Assembly: GCA_028282585.1 (NCBI GenBank)
Contig: JANQHR010000144.1
Coordinates: forward strand, 1 to 64,000
DNA from: Bacteroidales bacterium
GTDB taxonomy: Bacteria > Bacteroidota > Bacteroidia > Bacteroidales > UBA12077
Length of the DNA: 64,000 bases
Reading direction: 5' to 3'
Below, one piece after another: positions 1 through 9,335 of the stretch. Within the stretch, counting starts at the first letter, position 1. Each line of letters begins with the position of its first letter. Under the pieces are notes generated by a model, which searched no databases, was not told the origin of the DNA, and saw nothing but the letters and a program-made list of their open reading frames with translations. The position numbers were made by a program, and so were the translations under genes.

Positions 1-74
1 CACAAAGAAGACACAAAGTTACTCAAAGTAAAAAATACGAACAAGATTTAACTATTGTACTTTTTGGACAGCCC
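1..74. repeat. Right end of a degenerate intergenic repeat (CACAAAG-like tandem units followed by ACTTTTTGGACAGCCC)
   Basis: cacaaagaag/acacaaagtt/actcaaagta units at 1-30. TTTTTGGACA at 61-70 also occurs at 17362-17371. Confidence 0.35.
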
Positions 75-94
75 TTTGATTATTTGCCTTAAAG

Positions 95-1606
95 CTAAAT
101 TTTTACCCCAATAATAGTTATGTCATCTATTTGGTGATGTATTTCACCCATCCAGTTTTCTAATTCATTTTCGAGTTCACGTTTTTGTTCTTCCATAGTT
201 AAGCTGCAAATAGATATTAGCTTATCTTTAAAAGGTTGTATTTTGTATTTTTGTCCATATTTCCCACCAAATTGATCGACGTAACCATCCGTAAATAAGT
301 AAATGGTATCTCCATTTCTAACATCAATAGTTTGATTAGTGAACGGACTTTCATTTCGATAATAAATTCCAATTGGCATTCTATCACCCTTATACTCTAT
401 CAATTCTTTTTTATTATTTGAATTTCTTACTATATAAAGTGAGTTATATGCTCCTGCAAACTGTAGCTTCATATTTTCATAATCAACTGCACATATAGCC
501 ATATCCATTCCGTCTTTAACATTTTTTGTAGAATCTTTATGTCGAAGATGCAATTTTATCTCATCTCGAAGTCTGTTAAGTAGTTGTGAAAGATCAAGTT
601 CATCAAGAAAATCGAAAATAATGTCATTTAAAAAACTAATTCCCAGCATACTCATAAATGCTCCCGGGACCCCGTGTCCGGTACAGTCAACTGCCGTAAA
701 TATGTTGTATTTTTTAGAAGAAACCTTTATTTGTTTAAACCAGTAGAAATCGCCACTCACAATATCTTTTGGCTTAAATAATACAAAACTATCAGGTGCT
801 ACTTGTTTAATTTCTTCTTCTGAGTTTAAAATAGCGTTTTGAATTCTGCTCGCATAAGTTATACTGCTTGTAATATTCTTTTTTTGTTGAGCTATCTTAT
901 CTCTTTGTTCTGCCAGACTTATATTTTGAGCTTCCAGTTCATGATTTTGATTTACTATTTCATTATTGGCATCTTTTAAATCATTTAAAGTTATACCCAG
1001 CTTATAATTAGTAACAAAAAATCTAAAAATGAAACTAGAAATATACTTATTAAAAAAACCTGAGAGTATTATTAAAAGGCTTGAATATATCAGGATAATG
1101 AGTTTTAAATTATAGTATTCCAATAAATAATAATTTACAATTAAACCTAATACTGTACTAAAAATAATTATAGGTAGTTGTATTCGCAATGCTGATATAA
1201 TGTTTATAACAATGATTAATGTGGTTATTAATAGTAAATATTGTTCAATAGTGATATTTGTTGCCTGAATAATGATATCCCTGCCTTCATGGAAACAGCC
1301 TAAAACAATTATGTAATCAAGGATTACTGTTAAATATTTTAATAATGGTTTATAATTTTCTTTTTTTGTTATGCGATGAATGTAATAAAATAATCCATAA
1401 ACAATTAGCAAGCCAATTATTTCGTCATATACTTTAAAAGTATCTAACTTATCTAAAAAGAACATTAGAATATAATCAGTTATAATAAGAAATGAAACGA
1501 AAAAGATTCGAAATTTATTAATCAAATTTTCGAGGCTTGATTCTTGTTTTTTTAATTCTTTCGTTACTTCTGGTTCTTTTATATGTTTATATTGAAAAAA
1601 ACTCAT
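95..1606 (-). CDS. Membrane-anchored PP2C/SpoIIE (RsbU-like) serine phosphatase
   Basis: Several N-terminal TM helices and a coiled coil, then the motifs PKDIVSGDFYW, DCTGHGVPGAFMSM, DGMD, FTDGYVDQFGG and C-terminal QIDDITI. Confidence 0.9.
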   Translation of the reverse strand: MSFFQYKHIKEPEVTKELKKQESSLENLINKFRIFFVSFLIITDYILMFFLDKLDTFKVYDEIIGLLIVYGLFYYIHRITKKENYKPLLKYLTVILDYIIVLGCFHEGRDIIIQATNITIEQYLLLITTLIIVINIISALRIQLPIIIFSTVLGLIVNYYLLEYYNLKLIILIYSSLLIILSGFFNKYISSFIFRFFVTNYKLGITLNDLKDANNEIVNQNHELEAQNISLAEQRDKIAQQKKNITSSITYASRIQNAILNSEEEIKQVAPDSFVLFKPKDIVSGDFYWFKQIKVSSKKYNIFTAVDCTGHGVPGAFMSMLGISFLNDIIFDFLDELDLSQLLNRLRDEIKLHLRHKDSTKNVKDGMDMAICAVDYENMKLQFAGAYNSLYIVRNSNNKKELIEYKGDRMPIGIYYRNESPFTNQTIDVRNGDTIYLFTDGYVDQFGGKYGQKYKIQPFKDKLISICSLTMEEQKRELENELENWMGEIHHQIDDITIIGVKI

Positions 1607-1641
1607 TTTGGTGATTTTATTTAGAATTTCTTAGAATTTGT

Positions 1642-1714
1642 ACAATCCTGACAGTTCCTAAGCAAAAAAATAAACGATTACAGTGTGAAGTACTCAGAAA
1701 ATCTGTCAGGTTGT
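1642..1714. repeat. REP-like inverted repeat
   Basis: ACAATCCTGACAG (1642-1654) pairs with CTGTCAGGTTGT (1703-1714). Confidence 0.55.
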
Positions 1715-1728
1715 GAAATTTATTGAGG

Positions 1729-4044
1729 TTAAAAGAATACGCTTAATGAAAGTTTAACGTTCCTGTTTTCAAGATGCCAGATAAAATCAGAAACATATCC
1801 TTCTTCCTGGAATTTGTATTTTTCTTTACCACCTGTATTGAATATATCATTTACGCTAATGCCAAATTTTCCCAAACCTTTTAGTAGCTTAAGTTCTAAT
1901 CCTGCATTAATCTGGTAATATGGCTTTCGTGTGTAAAACGCACTTACACTTTTTCCATAATACTGAGACTGAATTTGTCCGGAAATATTTTTAGATATTT
2001 TAAAACTGTTATTGGTTTTAATATTCCATAGAATTCCTTCTTTATTTGGAGGATTACTACCATCCGGTTTTTTTCCAAACCACTGATTTGAAACCATAAA
2101 GGCTGGTGTAAATTCCCACCATTTTAATGGTTTTAATGTTAAATTAGACTCGAGACCTATACTCTTTCTAGATGAAAAATTAATGTAAGATGTTTTTAAC
2201 CTAAAGTCATCAATTAATTCAGCCTTACGTTGTATAACATCGTTTGTAATTCTTCCGAACAAGGTTGTAGTTAACTTGCTATCACCGTTTAAATAATAAT
2301 GGCTTAATTCAAATGTATTGATCATTTCTGGTTTTAATTCAGGATTTCCTTCACTTATGTTTAAAGGATCGCTATAATCTGTGGCAGGATTTAGCTCTTC
2401 GTAACTAGGTCGTCGAATTCTGGTTGTATAGGAAAAATTAAGTGTCTGATAGTCTTTATCCTTACTTAGAATATATTGTAATTGTACATTTGGAAAAATC
2501 TTAAGGTAATCTTGCTTTACATTATTGACTGAAGATTTTTCATTTGTTTTACTTTTATAATATTCTGCTCTAAACCCAAGACCTGCAGAAAAATCTTTTA
2601 TATTGTAACGGTAAAGAAAATATCCGGCATATTTTTGTTGTAGGTATGTATAAGATTTGTTGTCATTAATAGTACCGTCAGTAGTTAAATCAAAATTAAA
2701 TCCTAATATATTAAAATACAGTCCTGATTCAATAGCTGATTTCTTGAACACTTGTTTTGTATAATCTAATTTTAGTTCACCAATCTCGTACCGGCCTTTA
2801 TTTTTTATAGTGTTTAGAGAACTTAACGAATTATCGTCAATAACACGTTTTCCTCCAAATTCGCCAAATGCATATTTCCCCAAAATATTCAGAGTTCTTA
2901 TACTATCAACTTTATTATCAAATTTTAACGAAATATCGGTAAAATTTATATCATCCAGATTATCATTTTTTACAAGGCTTTCTTCTGTAAGCCCATTTAA
3001 TAAAAGATAATCGTAATCTTGATTAAAAATCCAATCTTCGTTAAATGTATTATGAATAACTTCAAAATTCAGCTCACTATTTTTGTTAATCGTATAATCC
3101 ATACCACCTGTTAATAAATGTCCAAAAACTTTATAGTCTCCATTACCAAGCTGCTTTATGCTTTGATAGAATAAATTATTATTTAGATAATCACGGTTTG
3201 AATAGTAATTCATATTATAACTTTCATTATAATAAGCATAAGTAAAATAATAATTCATATCATTTTTACTATAATTACCAAATACTCCACCATTCCATTG
3301 GGTAGGAGATATACCATACTCAGTGCTAAATCCCATATGAAAACCATCAGAAACATTTTTCTTTAAGGTAATATTTATAATGCCTCCGGAACTTTCAGGA
3401 TCTTCTTTAACAGAAGTGTTTGTAATTACTTCGATAGATTCGACCTGTGATGTTGGAAATTGTTTAAGTAACATTTTAGGATCAATTCCATACGCTACTT
3501 CTTTTCCATTGATTAATATTTTAACATTCTTATTACCACGGATGCTAACATCGCCCGAAGTACTTACTTCAACGGAAGGAATGACCTTTAATAAATTTGT
3601 TACATTACCCCCTGAACCAGCTATATCTTTACCAACATTTAAAACCTGCATTCCCGGTTTATTTTGAATATGGCTTTTTTCTGCCGTGATAACGGCTTCG
3701 GATAAAGTAAGCGTTTTGGGATCAAGGATAATCTTATCGAGATTAATATCATACCCGTCAACAATTAGCGGATTAATTATTTTGGGTTCATAACCTACAA
3801 CAGATACTGTTAAGGCATAAGTACCTTCTTTAAGCTCAATTGAAAAGTATCCTTCAATATCTGCTGCAGTACCCGTAATAAGCTGATCATTTTCTGCATT
3901 TCGTATAACTATATTTGCAAAAGGCTGAGTATCATTAATGTCCGAGCCATATACGGTTCCTTCAATATTGTTTTGGGAAAGTAAACTTATTGAAATTAAG
4001 GCAAAACATCCCAGTATGATTAGTTTTTTAACTATCATTTTCAT
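1729..4044 (-). CDS. TonB-dependent receptor / outer-membrane beta-barrel family protein
   Basis: Signal peptide, carboxypeptidase-regulatory-like N-domain, plug (IPSVEV..G.VSIRG..NVKILINGK, IEVITN), RIRRPSY..LNP and GNPELKPE barrel motifs, C-terminal F. Confidence 0.9.
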   Translation of the reverse strand: MKMIVKKLIILGCFALISISLLSQNNIEGTVYGSDINDTQPFANIVIRNAENDQLITGTAADIEGYFSIELKEGTYALTVSVVGYEPKIINPLIVDGYDINLDKIILDPKTLTLSEAVITAEKSHIQNKPGMQVLNVGKDIAGSGGNVTNLLKVIPSVEVSTSGDVSIRGNKNVKILINGKEVAYGIDPKMLLKQFPTSQVESIEVITNTSVKEDPESSGGIINITLKKNVSDGFHMGFSTEYGISPTQWNGGVFGNYSKNDMNYYFTYAYYNESYNMNYYSNRDYLNNNLFYQSIKQLGNGDYKVFGHLLTGGMDYTINKNSELNFEVIHNTFNEDWIFNQDYDYLLLNGLTEESLVKNDNLDDINFTDISLKFDNKVDSIRTLNILGKYAFGEFGGKRVIDDNSLSSLNTIKNKGRYEIGELKLDYTKQVFKKSAIESGLYFNILGFNFDLTTDGTINDNKSYTYLQQKYAGYFLYRYNIKDFSAGLGFRAEYYKSKTNEKSSVNNVKQDYLKIFPNVQLQYILSKDKDYQTLNFSYTTRIRRPSYEELNPATDYSDPLNISEGNPELKPEMINTFELSHYYLNGDSKLTTTLFGRITNDVIQRKAELIDDFRLKTSYINFSSRKSIGLESNLTLKPLKWWEFTPAFMVSNQWFGKKPDGSNPPNKEGILWNIKTNNSFKISKNISGQIQSQYYGKSVSAFYTRKPYYQINAGLELKLLKGLGKFGISVNDIFNTGGKEKYKFQEEGYVSDFIWHLENRNVKLSLSVFF

Positions 4045-4092
4045 AATTAAATATTTTAATTTGTTTATCTAGTAATTTTAAAAGTATACGAT

Positions 4093-4989
4093 TTAATCGA
4101 GTAAGCTAAAACCAAATTCCAGGTACAGATTTTCGGGGTATACCATATTTAAATTGCTGGTACCCCGATAAGTTTTTTCCATGTATTTTAATCCAAAATT
4201 AGTAAAGAACATTACTTTCTTTATTTTATATTGAAATCCTAAGGTTGTATATATGTCTAACATATCCATTTCTGTAGCTAAAGCATAATCAGGATTGTCT
4301 TCGGGTATTTGTAATGTTCCAAATGACAAATTTCCATTTCCGGTTATATTTAGTTTATCATTTATTTTGTAGCTAATGCCTAAATTAAGAGGAAGATTAG
4401 CATCTATATTTAATTTATTAAAATTTAAGCCAAGAGCGACAATTGGTAAAACCGTATTGGAGTGAAAGTTGGTATAATATAATCCTCCAATTCCTAAATT
4501 GAAATATTTTTTAATTTTAAAATTACTATAACCAACAAATAAGTATTCAAAAGATTTTACATCCGAACTGCTATAATTAAATTTTGTATGGGCCAACGTG
4601 TTATTTAAAAAGACATTAATGTTTTTATTAATGTTCCTAATACCACCAAAAGAAAGTTCATAATTATTTTTACAATAATTTGAATACGTTAATTCTGGTA
4701 CTGTGCCATTTAGAATTGTTTTATCAGCCGAACTAATGTTTGTACTTGTCCTAAGGTGACTGTATTTGATTTCTCCATATGCAATCCACTTTTTGTTTAT
4801 TGAATCGCCATATAAGGCATGTATCTCAAAGTTTGTAACTACACCTTTAGAATTATCTAATATACTATTGTTTTCTGTATTAATTTTATCCGCAATTATT
4901 GCAGAGTATTTAATTCCTGCATAAGGAGTATTTTGTCCTAAAGAATTAAATGAGTAAATGATAAGTGATAATATTATTAGTCGTTTCAT
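4093..4989 (-). CDS. Outer-membrane beta-barrel protein (DUF6268-like)
   Basis: Start re-placed to MKRLIILSLII (ATG 4989), which begins a signal peptide. Alternating aromatic strands and GIGGLY..NF....LP motif. Confidence 0.6.
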   Translation of the reverse strand: MKRLIILSLIIYSFNSLGQNTPYAGIKYSAIIADKINTENNSILDNSKGVVTNFEIHALYGDSINKKWIAYGEIKYSHLRTSTNISSADKTILNGTVPELTYSNYCKNNYELSFGGIRNINKNINVFLNNTLAHTKFNYSSSDVKSFEYLFVGYSNFKIKKYFNLGIGGLYYTNFHSNTVLPIVALGLNFNKLNIDANLPLNLGISYKINDKLNITGNGNLSFGTLQIPEDNPDYALATEMDMLDIYTTLGFQYKIKKVMFFTNFGLKYMEKTYRGTSNLNMVYPENLYLEFGFSLLD

Positions 4990-5000
4990 AATTAATTTTT

Positions 5001-6077
5001 TTAAGATACTTTCCTCATAATCCATTCAAGTGGCCCATGTTGTTTTTTTTCAAGCCAGTAACTGGCAAATAGCACAGTTAAAACACAAAATGATAAAGCA
5101 TGGATTAAGCTGTACAAAATATTCCATGTAACGTATTCTCCGGTAAATATCATTATGCTTCCCATTCCTAAAATCACATGTGCAAAATACATGGAAAGAG
5201 CGATACGTCCTGTTTTAATTAATGCTATCATCCACGTTTTTTCAGCAAACCATTCAGCCAAATAAATACTTAGGATAGTAACTATGATTCCAAAGCTTGT
5301 TCCTACAATAAAATAAAATGGCATAGGAGGCATAGGAGAGGTTCCGAAGATCGCAAAAGCATCTTCATAATTCCATCCGGGTAATTCAGAAAAATAACTA
5401 ACCAGAATTATTGATGTAATTTGAGCTGTAATAAAAATAATAAGGCTATTTAGAGCCAATTTTTTTCGTATTTTTTCATTATTAAGATCTAACCTACCTA
5501 ACCACATACCTATTAAAAGAAATGCAAGCCATGGAATTAAAGGATGAAATCCGTTAAATATTAAATTTCTGAAAAAACCCTTGATGGTCCAAAAATCGAT
5601 GTACTCTAGTACTTTCCAATCCCAACCTGCTTCATAATTGAATGTAAAAATCAAAACAGGATAAATTAATATTAAAGCAATACTTGTTAGCCATAGCATT
5701 CTGTTGCTTGCATTAATCATGATTACGGCAAACAAAATATAAAAACCATAGTAGTGTAATATATCAGCATTCCATAAAGGCATATAAGCTATACCTATAA
5801 CAAACAGGAATAATGCTCTTTTTAATAGTTTACTTTTTAATAGTTTGAGCTTTTCGTTATTTCTATTTATTCTTGCTCTATTGGTCATCAGTGAAATTCC
5901 AACTCCGGCTAGTATTATAAATAGTGCTGCTGCTTTACCATCGAAAAAGTCGGTAACTTTTATTAAAGTTGTGTTTCCTAAAATAGCATTAAATGCTACT
6001 TTGAAATTTACTATAATCATGCCTATTATAGCAAAGGCTCTCGCAAGATCGAGCCCTTCAATTCTATTCACTTTCAT
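5001..6077 (-). CDS. DUF418/YeiB-like membrane protein (HGSNAT-like N-terminus)
   Basis: RIEGLDLARAFAIIGM, DILHYYG and C-terminal GPLEWIMR motifs. Polytopic. Confidence 0.85.
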   Translation of the reverse strand: MKVNRIEGLDLARAFAIIGMIIVNFKVAFNAILGNTTLIKVTDFFDGKAAALFIILAGVGISLMTNRARINRNNEKLKLLKSKLLKRALFLFVIGIAYMPLWNADILHYYGFYILFAVIMINASNRMLWLTSIALILIYPVLIFTFNYEAGWDWKVLEYIDFWTIKGFFRNLIFNGFHPLIPWLAFLLIGMWLGRLDLNNEKIRKKLALNSLIIFITAQITSIILVSYFSELPGWNYEDAFAIFGTSPMPPMPFYFIVGTSFGIIVTILSIYLAEWFAEKTWMIALIKTGRIALSMYFAHVILGMGSIMIFTGEYVTWNILYSLIHALSFCVLTVLFASYWLEKKQHGPLEWIMRKVS

Positions 6078-6097
6078 ATCCGTAAAGATTTAGGAAA

Positions 6098-6538
6098 CTA
6101 CTTCTTTCTGCGCCAGATTTCCGTTTCACTCATAAACATTCCTAATGGAATTACAAGATTAATTCGATCTTGATCTAGATATTCAATTTTACATTCAAGC
6201 ACTAAGCATTCAGAAGGTAAATAGATTCGTCCACCTTTCCACTCATCGTCACCATCAAATTCCAGCCCCATCACTAAATCAATACCAACTAAGCTTCTAT
6301 CCCGGAGTTCTTTTACAGGATTAAAATAGTCTTTCAATGGATTTCCATCTTCATCTTTATTTTCTTTCAGTGACGCAATTTTTCCGTAATACAAGTTTTC
6401 ATATTCGTATATTTCTATTATATCACCTTCAGGTGTAGACCATTTTCCTTTAATAAAACCTTTTGCGATATTTTGAGAAAATAGGCTAAAGCTGATTGAA
6501 AGAATTAGTAATGTTAAAAGTGTTTTTTTTGTTTTCAT
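6098..6538 (-). CDS. DUF2147 family secreted protein
   Basis: Signal peptide and pattern GKW...IEIY...GKI...D..NP..LRDR.L.G...WKGG.IY.P. Confidence 0.85.
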   Translation of the reverse strand: MKTKKTLLTLLILSISFSLFSQNIAKGFIKGKWSTPEGDIIEIYEYENLYYGKIASLKENKDEDGNPLKDYFNPVKELRDRSLVGIDLVMGLEFDGDDEWKGGRIYLPSECLVLECKIEYLDQDRINLVIPLGMFMSETEIWRRKK

Positions 6539-6572
6539 GATGTTTCAAATTTTTGATTTTTAATTTTCATGA

Positions 6573-6666
6573 CAAACATAGTATTGTGGTAAATTTGAAG
6601 CGCTTCTGCTTATAAGTTGGGACTTATTTTGAATAATCTTAATTGTACCACCTTATAAGACGGTAT
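6573..6666 (-). promoter_or_regulatory. Promoter (-7 TATGTTTG) with a candidate AraC operator upstream of the DUF2147 operon
   Basis: CAAACATA at 6573-6580 is TAnnTTTG on the minus strand. CTTATAAGTTGGGAC (6609-6623) is inverted to GTACCACCTTATAAG (6645-6659). Confidence 0.6.
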
Positions 6667-6683
6667 ATACAGCTTACTTATTT

Positions 6684-7856
6684 TCAAGTATTTTGCTCTA
6701 TGTACTTAATATATTCCGATGGTGTTTGATCTGTTAGTTTTTTAAATACTCTGTTAAAAGCAGACTTGGAATTAAAACCGCATTCAAGTGCCAAGCTTAA
6801 TAAATTGTATTGTTTATGCTCTGATTTTTCAATTCTAGTCTTAAATTCTTCAACTCTGTACTTATTAATAAAATCGTAAAAGTTGTCTCCAAATTGATCA
6901 TTTATAACTTGAGATAAATGATGTGAAGCAATTCCAAAATCTTGTGCAATAATGTTTAACGAAACGGTTGAATTTAGGTAAGGTTTCTTTTCTTTAACAT
7001 AGTATAGAAGTTGAGTTTTATAATTAATAGCATCGTCTTTTGATAATCCGGTCTTTTTATATTTTTCCTTATACTTTTTCTTTACCTCTGTTTTGGGGGA
7101 TTCTATTTTGCCCGAATCTGATGGAGTTTTTTTAGTTATTCCTTCTCTGGAAAAAACTGCATTTTGTTTAAGGCCCAAATAACCTAAATAAAATATTAAA
7201 ATTGTTGAAATAGAGAATCCAAGCAATATTATTTCACCTTCATCGATAAAGAGGAAGTTTGCATTTAGCAACATAAACCCATTGGTAGTAAGCCAAATAG
7301 AGCCAAAAATAAGTACGAACTTTTTAAGCCATTTATAATCTACCCCTTTGTAAAACGAATATCTCTTAATTATTTCTTTTTTATGTCGCTTAAGTAAGAT
7401 ATATGACCAAACTAAATAAAATGGAATTATTGCATGTTCCAATAATTGAAAGAAAACATAATGGATGGGTTTTTTAAAAAAATCACGACTATCTGTGACT
7501 AACCAATCAATTTCAGTTATTGGTAATGTATTAAAAATATATTCGTAATAGCTTGATGATATGATGTAAGGTATAAAGTGGATTAAATATTGCCATTTGA
7601 ATTTGTAATCAGGATCGGTTATAGTTTTAATGTATAAAAAGAATAATGGTGCCAACAAAATACTTATATCAATTAAATATAATTGTAAATCAGGATTGTT
7701 ATTCTTGAATGAAGAATATAAAGTAGCAAAAACTATAAAAATGATAAATAAAAATGCAGATAAAAGATAATCCGGTGTTACCTTATTTCTTTTAGCAATA
7801 ACAATTATCGATAAATACAGAGCATGAAAACTACCTATTATTAAAAGTGTTATCAT
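6684..7856 (-). CDS. Membrane-bound AraC-family transcriptional regulator
   Basis: About 7 TM N-terminus and C-terminal HTH (HHLSQVIN...NFYDFINKYRVEE...CGFNSKSAFNRVFKK.T.QTPSEY). Confidence 0.92.
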   Translation of the reverse strand: MITLLIIGSFHALYLSIIVIAKRNKVTPDYLLSAFLFIIFIVFATLYSSFKNNNPDLQLYLIDISILLAPLFFLYIKTITDPDYKFKWQYLIHFIPYIISSSYYEYIFNTLPITEIDWLVTDSRDFFKKPIHYVFFQLLEHAIIPFYLVWSYILLKRHKKEIIKRYSFYKGVDYKWLKKFVLIFGSIWLTTNGFMLLNANFLFIDEGEIILLGFSISTILIFYLGYLGLKQNAVFSREGITKKTPSDSGKIESPKTEVKKKYKEKYKKTGLSKDDAINYKTQLLYYVKEKKPYLNSTVSLNIIAQDFGIASHHLSQVINDQFGDNFYDFINKYRVEEFKTRIEKSEHKQYNLLSLALECGFNSKSAFNRVFKKLTDQTPSEYIKYIEQNT

Positions 7857-8077
7857 ATTGTTTTTAGTTATTGAATTAACAAAATTAGTAAATTAAAAAT
7901 ATTTCATTACGCCAATATTTCTTGAGATTATCAGTACAGAAAAAAAATATTTTAAATTTACGATATAAGATTAATTACCAATAAATTATACTTTTACTTT
8001 CTTTTATGGGAAAATTATGTTTAGAAAACCAAAAAATATACTTTTACATTTCTTGTTGATTTGAAGCTAATTATTTT

Positions 8078-9220
8078 ATGAAGAATGTAAGCATTGTATT
8101 ATTTCTTGTTTTATTAATTATTTTTAGTAGTACAACGAATGAGAATCATGTACCAAGTTTGGAGAAATATTGGTCATCTCTTGATTCTAGTGGATTTTCA
8201 TTGTATTTGGGTGCGACTATTAAAAAAAGCAAAGTTTTTACAAAGCATATAAATGCCGATTTGGAAACAGATGAAGTTTTAAGTGGTTATAAAGTAGATG
8301 CTGCTGACGACCCTGCCATTTGGATTAATAAAAAAAATACAGAAAAAAGTTTAGTGCTAGGTACTAATAAAAAGGGTGGAGTGCATGTTTATGACATGCA
8401 AGGAAAAGAATTACAATATGTTAAAGCAGGACACATTAATAATATTGACCTTCGAGATAATTTTAATTATAAAGGAAAGGATGTTACATTGGTTGCAGGG
8501 AGTAATTGCACACTGAATTCAATAGCACTCTTTTATATTGATAAAGAAAAAAATCAGCTTGCGGATACAATTCTAAACATAAAATCGGGCGTAAGTTTAG
8601 TTTATGGGATATGCATGTATAAAAGCCAAATTACCAATAAGTTTTATGTATTTATAAATGGTGAGAAAGGGGAGGTTGAGCAGTGGGAAATCAATTCGGT
8701 TAATGGAGAGATTGAAGCAAAACTAATTCGTAACTTTGTTGTAAGCAGCAGACCAGAGGGAATGGTTGCCGATGACAAAAACGGAATTTTATTTATTGGC
8801 GTTGAAGAAGAAGGCGTTTTGAAGGTTAATGCAGAACCAGAAAATGAATTTAAAACCTTATGGGTAAAAGGTAGTAATCCGAACAATAAATCTTTTATTT
8901 CTTCAGATATTGAAGGTCTTGGATACTTTAGATCAAATGATAAAACCTATTTAGTAGTCTCTAGTCAGGGTAATTTTTCATTTGCTATATTTGAAATTGG
9001 AAGTCTTGACAAATACATTACAAGTTTTACTATTAAAGATGGAATTATTGATGGTGTGGAGGAAACAGATGGTTTGGATATATATGATGGTTACATCAAT
9101 GAAGAATTTCCGAATGGAATGCTTGTAGTTCATGACGGTTATAACTTTATGGGAGACTCACTTCTGCGGCAAAATTTTAAATACATTAGGTTAGAAAAGG
9201 TTAAAGCATTTATTAATTAG
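8078..9220 (+). CDS. phy: Beta-propeller 3-phytase
   Basis: DAADDPAIW, GTNKKGG, NNIDLR, YGICMY, EGMVAD, DIEGL, SSQGN, ETDGLD, NFKY motifs and a signal peptide. Confidence 0.92.
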   Translation: MKNVSIVLFLVLLIIFSSTTNENHVPSLEKYWSSLDSSGFSLYLGATIKKSKVFTKHINADLETDEVLSGYKVDAADDPAIWINKKNTEKSLVLGTNKKGGVHVYDMQGKELQYVKAGHINNIDLRDNFNYKGKDVTLVAGSNCTLNSIALFYIDKEKNQLADTILNIKSGVSLVYGICMYKSQITNKFYVFINGEKGEVEQWEINSVNGEIEAKLIRNFVVSSRPEGMVADDKNGILFIGVEEEGVLKVNAEPENEFKTLWVKGSNPNNKSFISSDIEGLGYFRSNDKTYLVVSSQGNFSFAIFEIGSLDKYITSFTIKDGIIDGVEETDGLDIYDGYINEEFPNGMLVVHDGYNFMGDSLLRQNFKYIRLEKVKAFIN

Positions 9221-9335
9221 GAATCAATGTTTTTTAAGTAATTGTCATTGAACGCTTTTTTACAAAGTATTTAATATAAATATTTGACTTAATTCTAAAT
9301 TTAAACTATTTTAAAGACTGAATGAATTCAGTAAA

